Of a stretch of 64,000 nt of DNA, positions 1-9,701 are shown piece after piece. The notes under the pieces are model-generated. The model worked only from the letters and a program-made list of their open reading frames with translations, was not told the DNA's origin and did not search any database. The stretch is from assembly GCA_045803545.1 (NCBI GenBank), contig JBJMOW010000004.1:864001-928000 (forward strand). Direction: 5' to 3'. Position numbers and translations under genes: made by a program. The stretch comes from Gemmatimonadaceae bacterium. Its GTDB lineage: Bacteria; Gemmatimonadota; Gemmatimonadetes; Gemmatimonadales; Gemmatimonadaceae. Position 1 is the first letter of the stretch; every line of letters begins with the position of its first letter.

Positions 1-816
1 GGTGAGCGCGCAGGTGTGGAATTCGCCAGCTGTCACGTATACGAATCGCTCGCCGCCCGTTACCTGAATCGGCGTCAGGTTACAACGTCCACCGATTTGA
101 TTGGTGCAATCGCTCGAGGTTGTTCCGACGCCGAGGTTGCCATTGATGTCGGAGCCCCAGCAATAGAGGCGGTGAGTACCGGTGATTCCGCATGTGTGCT
201 GAGAACCGGTGGCGATCTGAGTGAAATGCGGTACTACTGTGACGTTGATGTCCGAATGGAGATTCTCCACCGTCGCGGTGATCGTCGCCGGTCCAGTTGC
301 TAAGGTGCGGATGCGTCCCTTGTCATCCACTGTCGCGATACCTGTCGACGAAGAGCTGTAAGTCACCACCGCATTCGGCGCTGCCTTGTTGTGCGAGTTG
401 GTCACGACGACGGATGTCGAGAGCGAATCGTCCAGCAGCAGCGTCGCGGTATCACGACCGAAGCTGATGGTAGTGATCGGCGCCCACGATACGGTAACTG
501 TGAGCTCGTCGTGCAATCCGGCGACGTGAGCGGAAATGGTGGTGGTTCCCGCCGTCAAAGCTGTTACGACGCCTTTGCTATCAACCGTCGCCACGATGGG
601 CACCGATGAGGAATAGCTGACCAACGACGGACCACCAACCGTGCCGTCGGACATCGTAACCGTCGCGGGAAGCGAGAGGGAGTCATCGGCGATGATACTC
701 GCCACATGCGTACCGAACGCCAGGCTTTTTGGCGTCGCTGGAGGTGTGGCTTCGCTACAGGCAACAAGCACGATGCCGGCGGCGATACTCGCCAGCATTC
801 GCGGAAATGATTGCAT
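1..816 (-). CDS. Lipoprotein with two Ig-like (Big_2-type) domains followed by RCC1-like repeats; runs off the window start
   Basis: Not in the ORF track; translated by hand from ATG at 816: MQSFPRMLASIAAGIVLVAC (lipobox), two YSSS..(I/V)ATVD.KG....AGTTTI-type Ig repeats, then IATGSQHTCGITGTHRLYCWGSDINGNLG (RCC1/BLIP-II-like). Confidence 0.8.
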   Translation of the reverse strand, partial: MQSFPRMLASIAAGIVLVACSEATPPATPKSLAFGTHVASIIADDSLSLPATVTMSDGTVGGPSLVSYSSSVPIVATVDSKGVVTALTAGTTTISAHVAGLHDELTVTVSWAPITTISFGRDTATLLLDDSLSTSVVVTNSHNKAAPNAVVTYSSSSTGIATVDDKGRIRTLATGPATITATVENLHSDINVTVVPHFTQIATGSQHTCGITGTHRLYCWGSDINGNLGVGTTSSDCTNQIGGRCNLTPIQVTGGERFVYVTAGEFHTCALT

Positions 817-993
817 CGGGTGGGCCTTAAGTGGTGAAGGGCCTCCCAATGTTTGTATCGGGCTGATTCAGCGCAAGAGTACTTTCGGCGTAGCATGATA
901 ATGTCCTAGAATAGTGACCATCATGAAGAAATGGCTTGGTCGCCCCAGGCAGATCACGTCGGCATGAACTCAAAGCGCTAATCAAGACTTCGA

Positions 994-1992
994 GTGCGAA
1001 TCGTCGTCATCGGCGGCACTGGTCATGTCGGCACCTTCCTCGTTCCGCGACTGGTCAACGCGGGCCATGAGGTCATCGTCGCCAGTCGTGGTAAGCGTGA
1101 GCCGTATCTCGCGCACGAAGCCTGGAAGAAAGTCCGTCAAATAGAGATCGATCGCGCCGCCGAGGATGAAGCGGGTACTTTTGGCTCCCGCATCGCAAAG
1201 CTCGATGCCGATGCGATCATCGACATGATCTGCTTCACACCCGAAAGCGCGCAACAGCTCATCGCCGCTCTAAAGCAACGCCTCGCTGCCGCCGGCTCCC
1301 CCCTCCCGATTCTCCTCCATTGCGGCACGATGTGGGTTCACGGCCGGCCGACGACCGTTCCTGTCACCGAGGACATGCCGCGCCTCCCGTTCGGCGATTA
1401 CGGAATCAAGAAGGCCGCAATCGAGAAGCTTCTACTCGAGGCCACTCGCAGCGGCGATGCGCGCGCGACAATCCTTCATCCCGGCCACTTGGTCGGCCCC
1501 GGATGGAATCCGGTGAATCCTGCTGGTCACTTCAATCCCGACGTATTCACGCGCATCGCTCGTGGAGACGTGCTCACCCTTCCGAACGAAGGATCGGAGA
1601 CGGTTCACCACGTCCACGCCGACGACGTCGCGCAGGCGTTCGAGCTCGCGCTCACCAAACCCGAAGCAAGCGTTGGTGAAAGCTTTCACGTCGTCTCGCC
1701 AGCGCCGATGACTCTACGTGCCTACGCCGAAGCGATGTATGCGCATTTCGACCGGCAACCGCGACTCGAGTTCCTGCCGTGGGAAGAGTGGCGACACACC
1801 GTCGCCGAACAGGAAGCTGCCGCGACCTGGGACCACATCGCCCATTCACCACACGGCAGTATCGCCAAAGCGCGCCAGAAACTCGGCTATTCACCGCGCT
1901 ACTCCTCGCTCGAGGCAGTCATCGAGTCGATATCCGTCAGAGACGATTTGGCGACTCCGGGTCGTGACTCGGCAGGTACGCGACGCCGGTAG
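994..1992 (+). CDS. NAD-dependent epimerase/dehydratase family protein
   Basis: N-terminal GGTGHVG Rossmann motif, YGIKK (YxxxK), HVHADDVA; GTG start. Confidence 0.85.
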   Translation: MRIVVIGGTGHVGTFLVPRLVNAGHEVIVASRGKREPYLAHEAWKKVRQIEIDRAAEDEAGTFGSRIAKLDADAIIDMICFTPESAQQLIAALKQRLAAAGSPLPILLHCGTMWVHGRPTTVPVTEDMPRLPFGDYGIKKAAIEKLLLEATRSGDARATILHPGHLVGPGWNPVNPAGHFNPDVFTRIARGDVLTLPNEGSETVHHVHADDVAQAFELALTKPEASVGESFHVVSPAPMTLRAYAEAMYAHFDRQPRLEFLPWEEWRHTVAEQEAAATWDHIAHSPHGSIAKARQKLGYSPRYSSLEAVIESISVRDDLATPGRDSAGTRRR

Positions 1993-2818
1993 AAATGAGT
2001 TTCGCCACTCGGCGTAGGGTGTCGTGATGCTTGTCCACGTCGGCGATGAAACCCTGATCGCGCTGCGCCTCCAGAGCGCGCGCGGTATAGGTCACGTCGC
2101 CGGCTAACAGAACGTCCTGCTTGCCCGTGCGCACCAGAAAACTGGTGTGACCCGGAGTATGTCCCGGCGTCGGCAGCGCCACGATCGAGCCATCCGCTGT
2201 CACCGGCCAGCTACCCGGGAATCCCAGCATCGGCGATCCGTCGAATTCGAACGTGTTGGGAACGAAACCGCTGGGAACCGGCGCGGTCATGAATCGCATT
2301 AACCGTCCCGGAAAACGCGCTACCGGTTCCCACTCCGGTTTCGCAACCCACACTCGCTCCGTGTCGAACGCCGCCAATCCTCCGACGTGATCGCCATGCA
2401 GATGCGTCAGCAACACGCGATCGAACTCAGCGGGCTCGAACCCAGCTCGAGCCAGTTCCGAAATCAGGCCCTCCTGAGCGGAAACATTGAACCTGGTTCT
2501 GGTCACGCCGCCGGTCATATCCGGACGCGCACCCGTATCGATCAGAACAAGCTCTCGTTCCGTCTCGATGATCCACGCCCACATCGGCAGCGGACCGGTG
2601 AAATCCGGATCGCGCCACAAAGAACGAATCAATCCGAAGGGCCCGCCGTGCGACGGACTGCCCTCGAGAAAGGTCGGCTTCAGCTGCAGTGTTCCTGTGG
2701 TGATCGGTGTGATCCTGATCGATGCTCGACCGTCGCGCTGACGCAGCGAAGCGCGTCTTACCGCAGTCGACAATCGTGTACCCTGCTTTTCATCGCGAAG
2801 CATTGAGTATCCTGTCAT
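1937..2818 (-). CDS. Metallo-beta-lactamase-fold hydrolase, N-acyl-homoserine lactonase-like
   Basis: LIDTG, THLHGDH (HxHxDH), TPGHTPGH, LAGD, SHD motifs; start uncertain. Confidence 0.8.
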   Translation of the reverse strand: MTGYSMLRDEKQGTRLSTAVRRASLRQRDGRASIRITPITTGTLQLKPTFLEGSPSHGGPFGLIRSLWRDPDFTGPLPMWAWIIETERELVLIDTGARPDMTGGVTRTRFNVSAQEGLISELARAGFEPAEFDRVLLTHLHGDHVGGLAAFDTERVWVAKPEWEPVARFPGRLMRFMTAPVPSGFVPNTFEFDGSPMLGFPGSWPVTADGSIVALPTPGHTPGHTSFLVRTGKQDVLLAGDVTYTARALEAQRDQGFIADVDKHHDTLRRVAKLISTGVAYLPSHDPESPNRL

Positions 2819-2941
2819 TGCAATTCAACCGCTGCATTCAAGCGAGTGATTTTCACTCGCCCGAAAGTTCGGTCGTTTGCGCGGGTAAGTCTTGAACGAA
2901 GGCAGGGCAGATTTTTGAACGATTGTGCTGTCGTGCGCTGC

Positions 2942-5344
2942 CTAGAGGCGAATGGTTTGCCGGCCCGGGTGGAGTTGCCGGCGTTGCCCATGCCACACCA
3001 GCTCGCCTGACAAACCGGGCGGCAGCGTGATATCTGCACTCAATCCGCGCTCGCCTATCTGTTCATACGCAACTTCGATATCGCCGAGTGGATGCGGGAT
3101 GCGTCCCGCTGCGTGGCGGAGCGGGCCAAGCGCGGGCGTGATGCTCACCGTGCGAAATCCGGCGCTCGATGGACGCACACCAAGCACGGTAGCGAGCAGC
3201 CCGTAATTCGGATGCGCAGACCAGGCGTGGGTATCCGATCGCGTCGGCTCCGGATTCTCCGGCGCCGATGTCAGACCAAGCGCAAGCATCTGCTGCCACG
3301 GCGCGAGCTGCTCGATGTAGCGCTCGCCGAGTCCAGCTTTGCGCAGCGCCTCGAGCACGTAAAAGCTGAAGTAATAAGAAGCGGGAGTGAGCGCGGTATC
3401 AGCGAGCACTCGCTCCATCACCGCACGCTGCATCGACGGCGGAATGGCGTCGGTGAGAATCGCCAGAACATTTGTCTGCTGACTGTAGGTTGCGGTGGTG
3501 TCGGGCGAATCGCGCAACAGACCGCGTCGAGAATCCCATGCGTGCGCGCGCACCGCTTTGCGCACGGCTTCAGCACGCGCACGATAGTCTGTCGCGGTGC
3601 CGCTCGCGCCGAGTGATTGCTCGAGCTCCGCTGCGCGGTCCAGAGCGTAGACGAAGAGGAGGCTGATCGTCGCCGAGTGACCGACATCTCCGCTCGGTGG
3701 CACTCCGCGATCCCAGCGGGGAGTCCAGTCGACGTAGTTCCAGTACGGCATCGGGCCGAGCATGCCGGTGGAGTCGATGTGTCCTCCGTACCAATCGAGG
3801 ATGCCGCGGATGCCCGCGAGTCGCGCGCGCACGAACGCAGGATCGTCGCGCAGCATGAAGTAGTCATGCACCATCGCGACGTAGATCAGCGAGAACGGCG
3901 GAATGATCTGTGTCAGCGACGACGGATAGCGACTGGTGGTAAGTCCTTCAGGAATGCGCGACCGATCGAATTGCTCGATCGCCTGTCGTACGAGCCGGTC
4001 GTCGCCCGCGACGTAGAGTGAAATCAATCCCTGTATACGGGTGTCGCCGATGTACTGGAGCTGCTCCCAGTACGGGGTGTCCATGTAGGTCTCGAACGCG
4101 CCAATGCGGGCGCCGTTCCAGTTCATTCTCCACATGTCGGATAGCCATGGCAGATCGCTACTGAATCTCCCACGCTCGACGAATGGATAGCCCGTGACGA
4201 TTCCGTGGAGATCGTGCACGCGCAGAGGTTCGTCGCGCGTGGTGATGTCGAGCTGGATGTAGCGGAAGGAGCGCCAGTACAACGAAGTGAATCGGCGATG
4301 CGATCCGCCGTCGGGCAGGAAGACGTCGTACACTCCGTGAATGGTGCGTCCGTCGACATCGTTCCGGTTTCCTTTTTCGCCTTTCGCGTCGACGAGCGCT
4401 TCGGCGTAGGTGAGGCGGATGACGCTGCCGGTGCCGCCGCTCGTCTCGAGAATCGGGTAGGCGTCAGTAGTGTGCGACTGATCGAGCAGGATGGAGATGC
4501 TCGAGCGCGCGGGAATCGTCAGATCACCACTACCCCGCAGAAACCCGCCGTCGGTTTGCCCATTGCTCGCGCGTCGCACGCTGGCAAGCCGTTGTTCCTT
4601 CTCCTCCATCGGAGGGATCGACCTCGGCTCGAGCTGCCATCCCGAGACTTCACCGTAGTCACCGGGCGGCATCGCATATCGTTTGAAATCGCCCACGATC
4701 GCAGGAGCGCTCCACCCATCGTCGACGTACTGCGCACTCTCCCAGCCCCACGGGTAGCGTGCGCCGTTGATGGAATCTCCTGGCGCTGCCGCGTAATAGT
4801 TCTTCATGTAGGCGCTGGTGATCACGATCGGCGCGTAAGCGGAATCGATCAGCATCTTCCAGTCACGCCCGGTGTTGACGAGCGCTGCTTCGGTCGCGCT
4901 GTTGCCCTGCAGCACGAAACCAGTGCGGTGACTGTGTTGGGCGACTGGTCGAGCGACGCCCCAATTCCAGACGAGCGCGGCGATGACGTTGCGCCCCGTG
5001 TGCAGCTGCGGCGCGAGATCGACTGTTTCGTAGCGCCAGTGTGCGACGTCCGACCGCTGGGGGCCGGACGACATCTGCACGCCATTCACGTAGAGTCGAT
5101 ATCGATTGTCAGCGGACACGTGCACCACAAATCGCGTCGGCATCTTCTCGAGCGTGAAGCTTCTGCGCGCGTGAAAGACGGTGAATGAATCGCCCGGTAC
5201 TTTTGCTGGTGCGATCCAGTTTGCCGCGAGCGCGCCGTCGAACACTCGCGGCTGCTGACCGCGGAGCATCGCGGCAGGCACAGAGAGTAAACCGATCGCG
5301 ATCGTCAGATTGCGGATCAGCCGGTCAACTTTGTCAGCGTTCAC
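2942..5344 (-). CDS. Exported alpha-L-rhamnosidase-like glycoside hydrolase (GH78)
   Basis: Signal peptide, SADNRYRLYVNG N-domain, DTPYWEQLQYIGD, RSDTHAWSAHP, C-terminal PHPLGDI; 800 aa. Confidence 0.85.
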   Translation of the reverse strand: MNADKVDRLIRNLTIAIGLLSVPAAMLRGQQPRVFDGALAANWIAPAKVPGDSFTVFHARRSFTLEKMPTRFVVHVSADNRYRLYVNGVQMSSGPQRSDVAHWRYETVDLAPQLHTGRNVIAALVWNWGVARPVAQHSHRTGFVLQGNSATEAALVNTGRDWKMLIDSAYAPIVITSAYMKNYYAAAPGDSINGARYPWGWESAQYVDDGWSAPAIVGDFKRYAMPPGDYGEVSGWQLEPRSIPPMEEKEQRLASVRRASNGQTDGGFLRGSGDLTIPARSSISILLDQSHTTDAYPILETSGGTGSVIRLTYAEALVDAKGEKGNRNDVDGRTIHGVYDVFLPDGGSHRRFTSLYWRSFRYIQLDITTRDEPLRVHDLHGIVTGYPFVERGRFSSDLPWLSDMWRMNWNGARIGAFETYMDTPYWEQLQYIGDTRIQGLISLYVAGDDRLVRQAIEQFDRSRIPEGLTTSRYPSSLTQIIPPFSLIYVAMVHDYFMLRDDPAFVRARLAGIRGILDWYGGHIDSTGMLGPMPYWNYVDWTPRWDRGVPPSGDVGHSATISLLFVYALDRAAELEQSLGASGTATDYRARAEAVRKAVRAHAWDSRRGLLRDSPDTTATYSQQTNVLAILTDAIPPSMQRAVMERVLADTALTPASYYFSFYVLEALRKAGLGERYIEQLAPWQQMLALGLTSAPENPEPTRSDTHAWSAHPNYGLLATVLGVRPSSAGFRTVSITPALGPLRHAAGRIPHPLGDIEVAYEQIGERGLSADITLPPGLSGELVWHGQRRQLHPGRQTIRL

Positions 5345-5647
5345 GGTGATGGAATAACCGACATTGAACGCCTCGTCAAACCCGAGTTATTCTGTGGGGG
5401 CGCGCCTACGGCAGAGCTTCGCAGCTCAGCCATTCGCAGCGGTACTGCTGAGTGCGTGTAACCCACGCTGTGCCAAGGGCTTACAGCATGTAACAAAGCT
5501 GCCCAAAGGGTTCAAAATCCGCCCACAATCGGCTACATTTAGACCGTAAACATTTGACCGTCCCAAGCCGTTGGATCCTTTGCGCAGCGCTCGTATGCTG
5601 CTGCCAAAGAGGTTCGCGCCAAGTGGCGTTTTCACTCGGAGGTTTCT

Positions 5648-6421
5648 GTGGACAGGATCAAAACGATTCTCAAATCCGGTCGCACCCGACACCTCGGGCT
5701 GGTGACCGCTGCACTGCTCGGCTCGCTCTACACCGTTCAGCACGTGAGCCCGAAGCTGCCAGATCTGAGCGCAGTCGACGCCATCCTCGTACGGGACGTC
5801 GCACAGTCGGCGCCCGACTCGGGCTGGGACCTGGCGAACATCAACAATCCGCGCGTCGACTCGTGGGTCAAGCTTTTCAGCACCGACCCGAAAGTCAAAG
5901 CCCGCTTCGCGGTCTGGCTCGATCGCAAGTCGACATACCAGCCGATGATCTCGACAAAGCTCGATGAGCGCGACATGCCGCAGGATCTCATCTACCTCGC
6001 CATGATCGAATCGGGATTCAATCCCAGGGCTCAGTCCCCGGCGAAGGCGGGCGGCTTGTGGCAGTTCATCAGCGAGACCGGCAAACGCTACGGCCTCACC
6101 GTCAACAAGAAGCTGGACGAGCGGAATCATCCCGATAAGGCCACGGAAGCTGCGCTGTCGTACCTGTCTGATTTGCACGACCGCTTCGGATCGTGGTATC
6201 TCGCCGCGGCCGCTTACAACACCGGCGAAAATCGCGTCGGTCGCATCATGCGTCAGGTGACGGGCAGCGAGAAGGGAACAGACCAGGACTACTATAGAAT
6301 TTCGAAGCTCCTTCCCAAAGAAACCCAGGACTACGTCCCGATGATGATTGCGGCCGCGCGCATCTCCAAGGATCCAGCGCGTTACGGGTTTGACAGCGGC
6401 GACGTGGCGATGGGCGAGTAG
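5648..6421 (+). CDS. Lytic transglycosylase (SLT domain, MltD-like, no LysM)
   Basis: IESGFNP catalytic Glu, AGGLWQF, AAYNTGE, PKETQDYV motifs; N-terminal hydrophobic anchor. Confidence 0.9.
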   Translation: MDRIKTILKSGRTRHLGLVTAALLGSLYTVQHVSPKLPDLSAVDAILVRDVAQSAPDSGWDLANINNPRVDSWVKLFSTDPKVKARFAVWLDRKSTYQPMISTKLDERDMPQDLIYLAMIESGFNPRAQSPAKAGGLWQFISETGKRYGLTVNKKLDERNHPDKATEAALSYLSDLHDRFGSWYLAAAAYNTGENRVGRIMRQVTGSEKGTDQDYYRISKLLPKETQDYVPMMIAAARISKDPARYGFDSGDVAMGE

Positions 6422-6551
6422 CGTCGAAAGCTCGGACAGGTCGAAAACTCGAGCAGGACGGCTGGTCAAGCAAAGCGCTTGCTGTAATGCCGGTGCGGCT
6501 TATTCTTGAGTACCGTAAGCCGACATCCACACGCAGTCACCGGAATCTTCA

Positions 6552-6770
6552 ATGGCGCAGGCGACCGTCCAAAAACAGAACACCATCATCGCCAACCAGC
6601 GCGATATTGTCCGCAATCAACAGAGGATTCTGAGGCACCAGAACCTCCTGCCCAAACTGCTGCGAAACCAGACGCGGATCCTGCGGAATCAGGACGCGAT
6701 CGTCAAGAATCAGAAAAAGATTCTGCGCGCACACGCGCGCCTGCTCGCCCGCGAGCAACAGCGCGGCTGA
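6552..6770 (+). CDS. Small basic coiled-coil protein with (I/L)hxNQxx heptad repeats
   Basis: 72 aa; IIANQRD IVRNQQR ILRHQ..LLRNQTR ILRNQDA IVKNQKK periodicity is unlikely by chance; fills the intergenic gap. Confidence 0.7.
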   Translation: MAQATVQKQNTIIANQRDIVRNQQRILRHQNLLPKLLRNQTRILRNQDAIVKNQKKILRAHARLLAREQQRG

Positions 6771-6773
6771 CGC

Positions 6774-7103
6774 TCAGTCGGCGTCGATAACGCGGTCCAT
6801 CGCTTCCGTGTAGCGACGCCATTGCGCGGTTTCCTCGGCCAGCGCATGACGGCCGGTAGCAGTCAGCTCATAGTAGCGCGCGATTCGATTGTTCCTCGTC
6901 GTCCGCCAGTACGACGCGACCCAGCCACGGTTCTCAAATCGATGCACCGCCGGATAGAGCGAGCCCTGCCCAACCTTGAAGTGATCCCCCGATAGCTCGC
7001 GTATCCGTGCACTGATTCCCCACGCGTGCACCGGCTCGATCGCCAACGCCTTCAGGATCAACAGATCGAGCGTGCCTTGTATGACGTCGAAAGAATTCGC
7101 CAT
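6774..7103 (-). CDS. PadR family transcriptional regulator
   Basis: QGTLDLLILKAL, GSLYPAVHR, RYYELTATG winged-helix signature; AGGAG RBS upstream. Confidence 0.92.
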   Translation of the reverse strand: MANSFDVIQGTLDLLILKALAIEPVHAWGISARIRELSGDHFKVGQGSLYPAVHRFENRGWVASYWRTTRNNRIARYYELTATGRHALAEETAQWRRYTEAMDRVIDAD

Positions 7104-7113
7104 TTCTTCAGTG

Positions 7114-7136
7114 CTCCTGTCGAAGCAAAAGGGAAG
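7114..7136. promoter_or_regulatory. Possible PadR autoregulatory operator (imperfect inverted repeat over the padR RBS)
   Basis: CTCCTgtcgaagcaaaAGGGAAG in the padR/porin divergent spacer; positional inference only. Confidence 0.25.
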
Positions 7137-7228
7137 TGTACGGCAATCTGATTATTGCGCAAGGGTATCCCCGGTACGACATTTGTCCGCCGATTCAGAC
7201 CCGTCGCACCCTCAACTGCCTGGTCCCG

Positions 7229-8536
7229 ATGCGCCGCACCTTATTGATTGCCTGCTTTCTTACCACGCCCGCACTCGTATTCGCGCAGACGAATCCGGTA
7301 AACGCACCGGCGTCGCAGCGGGACATGTGGGGATCGCTGCCGTTAGGCACCACGGTTGGCGGACAGATTCGGGTCCGCGTCGAGTCTTACGACGCCGGCG
7401 GCTTCAATCCCGCCAATTCGGATTCATATGCGTTGACGAGGATTCTTCTCAACGCCCGCGTCCATCCTACTGCGTCGACATCGCTGTTTGTCGAAGCCAT
7501 GGACGCGCGTGGACCATGGAAGAACAGGACACCAATCGGCGCGCCATTCCGGGACAACGCAGATCTTCGACAGCTCTATGCCCAGGTCGGCGCCGACAAC
7601 GCATCGACGACCCTCCGCGCCGGCAGACAGGAGCTTTTTTACGGTGACGGCCGACTGGTTGGGCCACTCCTCTGGGCCAACACTGCGCGCACCTTCGATG
7701 CAGCGCGCCTGAGCAATAGCGGAAACGGTTATCGCATCGATGCATTCGCCGCGTCGGTAGTGAAAATCGATCAGACCCGTTTCGACAAGAACGTGCCGGG
7801 TAACAACTTCTACGGCACTTACATCGCAACTACTCGATTCATTCCGCGCACGAGTGTCGAGCCTTTCTTCTTCTGGCGCCGCCAGAGCGGGTTGAACACC
7901 GAAGCCGGCGTGCGCAGCACCATGAATTTTGGGACGCTTGGTTTGCGGCTCGCTGGAAAGCAACCCACCGTCGACTACGACGCGCAGCTTGTCGGTCAGC
8001 ACGGCTCACTCGGCGATGAGCCGATTCGGGCGTGGGCTGCCCACGGTCTTCTGGGATACACCCTGGCGCGCGTCGCGCTGACACCGCGACTCTGGGGTGA
8101 GTACAACCAGGCGACGGGTGACTCAAACCCGACCGACAATCGGAAGGAGACGTTCGATCAGCTCTACCCGACTGGACACGACAAATACGGTTTGACCGAT
8201 CTCGTCGGCTGGCAGAACATGCGGCACGTTCGCGGCGGACTTGACCTCGCGTTCAACAAAGCGTGGTCGGCAACTACGAGATACAGCCACTACTGGCTCG
8301 ACGATGCGCACGACGCGCTGTACAACGGCGGCGGAGCGACGATCGCGCGCTCGCCCACTGGCGTCGCGGGTACCAACGTCGGTCAGGAAGTCGATTTCGT
8401 CGTGCAGGGTAAACCGCGCGCCGGACTTGGATTCTCCGCCGGAGTCGGTCATCTCATTCCCGGCGACTTTCTAAAAACCACCACTCCTGGACACGCGTAC
8501 ACCTATCCGTACGCAATGCTCACGTTTGATTTCTGA
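7229..8536 (+). CDS. Alginate export (AlgE-like) family outer-membrane beta-barrel porin
   Basis: Signal peptide from ATG 7229 (MRRTLLIAC), GRQELFYGDGRLVG...W.N..RTFDA, ATGDSNP...TFDQLYPTGH, C-terminal Phe (LTFDF). Confidence 0.85.
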   Translation: MRRTLLIACFLTTPALVFAQTNPVNAPASQRDMWGSLPLGTTVGGQIRVRVESYDAGGFNPANSDSYALTRILLNARVHPTASTSLFVEAMDARGPWKNRTPIGAPFRDNADLRQLYAQVGADNASTTLRAGRQELFYGDGRLVGPLLWANTARTFDAARLSNSGNGYRIDAFAASVVKIDQTRFDKNVPGNNFYGTYIATTRFIPRTSVEPFFFWRRQSGLNTEAGVRSTMNFGTLGLRLAGKQPTVDYDAQLVGQHGSLGDEPIRAWAAHGLLGYTLARVALTPRLWGEYNQATGDSNPTDNRKETFDQLYPTGHDKYGLTDLVGWQNMRHVRGGLDLAFNKAWSATTRYSHYWLDDAHDALYNGGGATIARSPTGVAGTNVGQEVDFVVQGKPRAGLGFSAGVGHLIPGDFLKTTTPGHAYTYPYAMLTFDF

Positions 8537-8554
8537 CCCTCATCGGAGAACTTG

Positions 8555-9145
8555 ATGTCCGTCTCAGCTCCCATCCATTTAGCCGGCCACGAGTCCGGAA
8601 GCCTCTCCGATCGGTTGAACACGCGCTGGCACAAAGTCGCGCTGCAGGGTTTCCTCGCGATCGTGCTGCTTCACTGGGCCGAGCACGTTGTGCAGGCTTA
8701 TCAGTTTTATGTGCTGCACATGCCGCGTCCGATGTCGATGGGGCTGATGGGAATGTTCTATCCCTGGCTGATGAAGACTGAAACGCTCCACTACGGCTTC
8801 GCGCTGGTGATGCTGATCGGTCTTTGGGTGTTGCGTCGCGGATTCACCGGTACTTCGTACAAGTGGTGGATGGTTTCGTTCTGGATTCAGGTCTGGCACC
8901 ACTTCGAGCATTTCATCCTGTTCTACCAGGCGAACACTCATCACTACTGGTTTGGGGGAAAGGTGCCGACCAGCGTTGGACAGATCTGGTTCCCGCGTAT
9001 CGAGCTTCATCTGTTCTACAACACCATCGTCTTCATTCCGATGGTAGTCGCGATGTACTATCACGTATATCCGCCCGCACGCGAGGCAGTGAAGATGATG
9101 TGCACCTGTGCGCGTCATCGTGACCCGCTTTCAGCAGCGGCCTGA
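8555..9145 (+). CDS. Uncharacterised His/Met-rich integral membrane protein with duplicated HxxEH motif
   Basis: About 4 hydrophobic helices carrying HWAEH, ETLH, HHFEH, IELH; GGAGA RBS; 18 bp after the porin stop. Confidence 0.8.
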   Translation: MSVSAPIHLAGHESGSLSDRLNTRWHKVALQGFLAIVLLHWAEHVVQAYQFYVLHMPRPMSMGLMGMFYPWLMKTETLHYGFALVMLIGLWVLRRGFTGTSYKWWMVSFWIQVWHHFEHFILFYQANTHHYWFGGKVPTSVGQIWFPRIELHLFYNTIVFIPMVVAMYYHVYPPAREAVKMMCTCARHRDPLSAAA

Positions 9146-9350
9146 ACGAGCGTTTGTTTAATCATTACCGCTCCTGTCGTTGGTATTACGCTAACAAGCG
9201 AAGACACCAACTTCGTTATATCTATTTCCGTGACCAGTGCTAAGTTGGATTAGCACTCGCGGAACAACACCAGCCCGCGAAAACAGGTTCTTCGGAAGGT
9301 TCGAAGCGTATCAGGCGCTTCTGGCGACGCCGTCGCAGCGGATGGGTCCG

Positions 9351-9701
9351 ATGCCGGAAGAAACACGCGTCGCAGTACCGCAAGAGTTGTGTGAAGACAT
9401 CCACCTTGCGTTCGCACGAGTTGCCAGCGACACCCCCGGCTCAATTGCGGCGCTTCAGCGCGCTGTGCGACGATTCACCGTCGCGCTGCAGAATGATGGT
9501 GCGACGCCTGAAGCAGTGCTGATCGCGCTCAAAGCCGTCATCAACTCTGGAGCCTTTCATGTCACGAGCAGTCCGAGCGACTTGAGGGATGAGAACCTGC
9601 GGCAGTTGATCAGCAGCTGGAGCATCGAAGAGTTCTTTGGCGCGGCCGCTCTGCCAACGCGTCCTGATCAGGAAAAGTCCGCCATTCACCACCAGTTCTA
9701 G
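9351..9701 (+). CDS. Hypothetical small helical protein
   Basis: ORF 9237..9701, likely ATG at 9342 or 9351; amphipathic helices; shares CTAG stop overlap with the convergent gene. Confidence 0.55.
   Translation: MPEETRVAVPQELCEDIHLAFARVASDTPGSIAALQRAVRRFTVALQNDGATPEAVLIALKAVINSGAFHVTSSPSDLRDENLRQLISSWSIEEFFGAAALPTRPDQEKSAIHHQF

Noticed and set aside
5351..5377. GGAATA...GTC resembling the ECF promoter motif
   Set aside because: Spacer is 18 rather than 17 and it lies about 270 bp from the next + strand start; likely chance.
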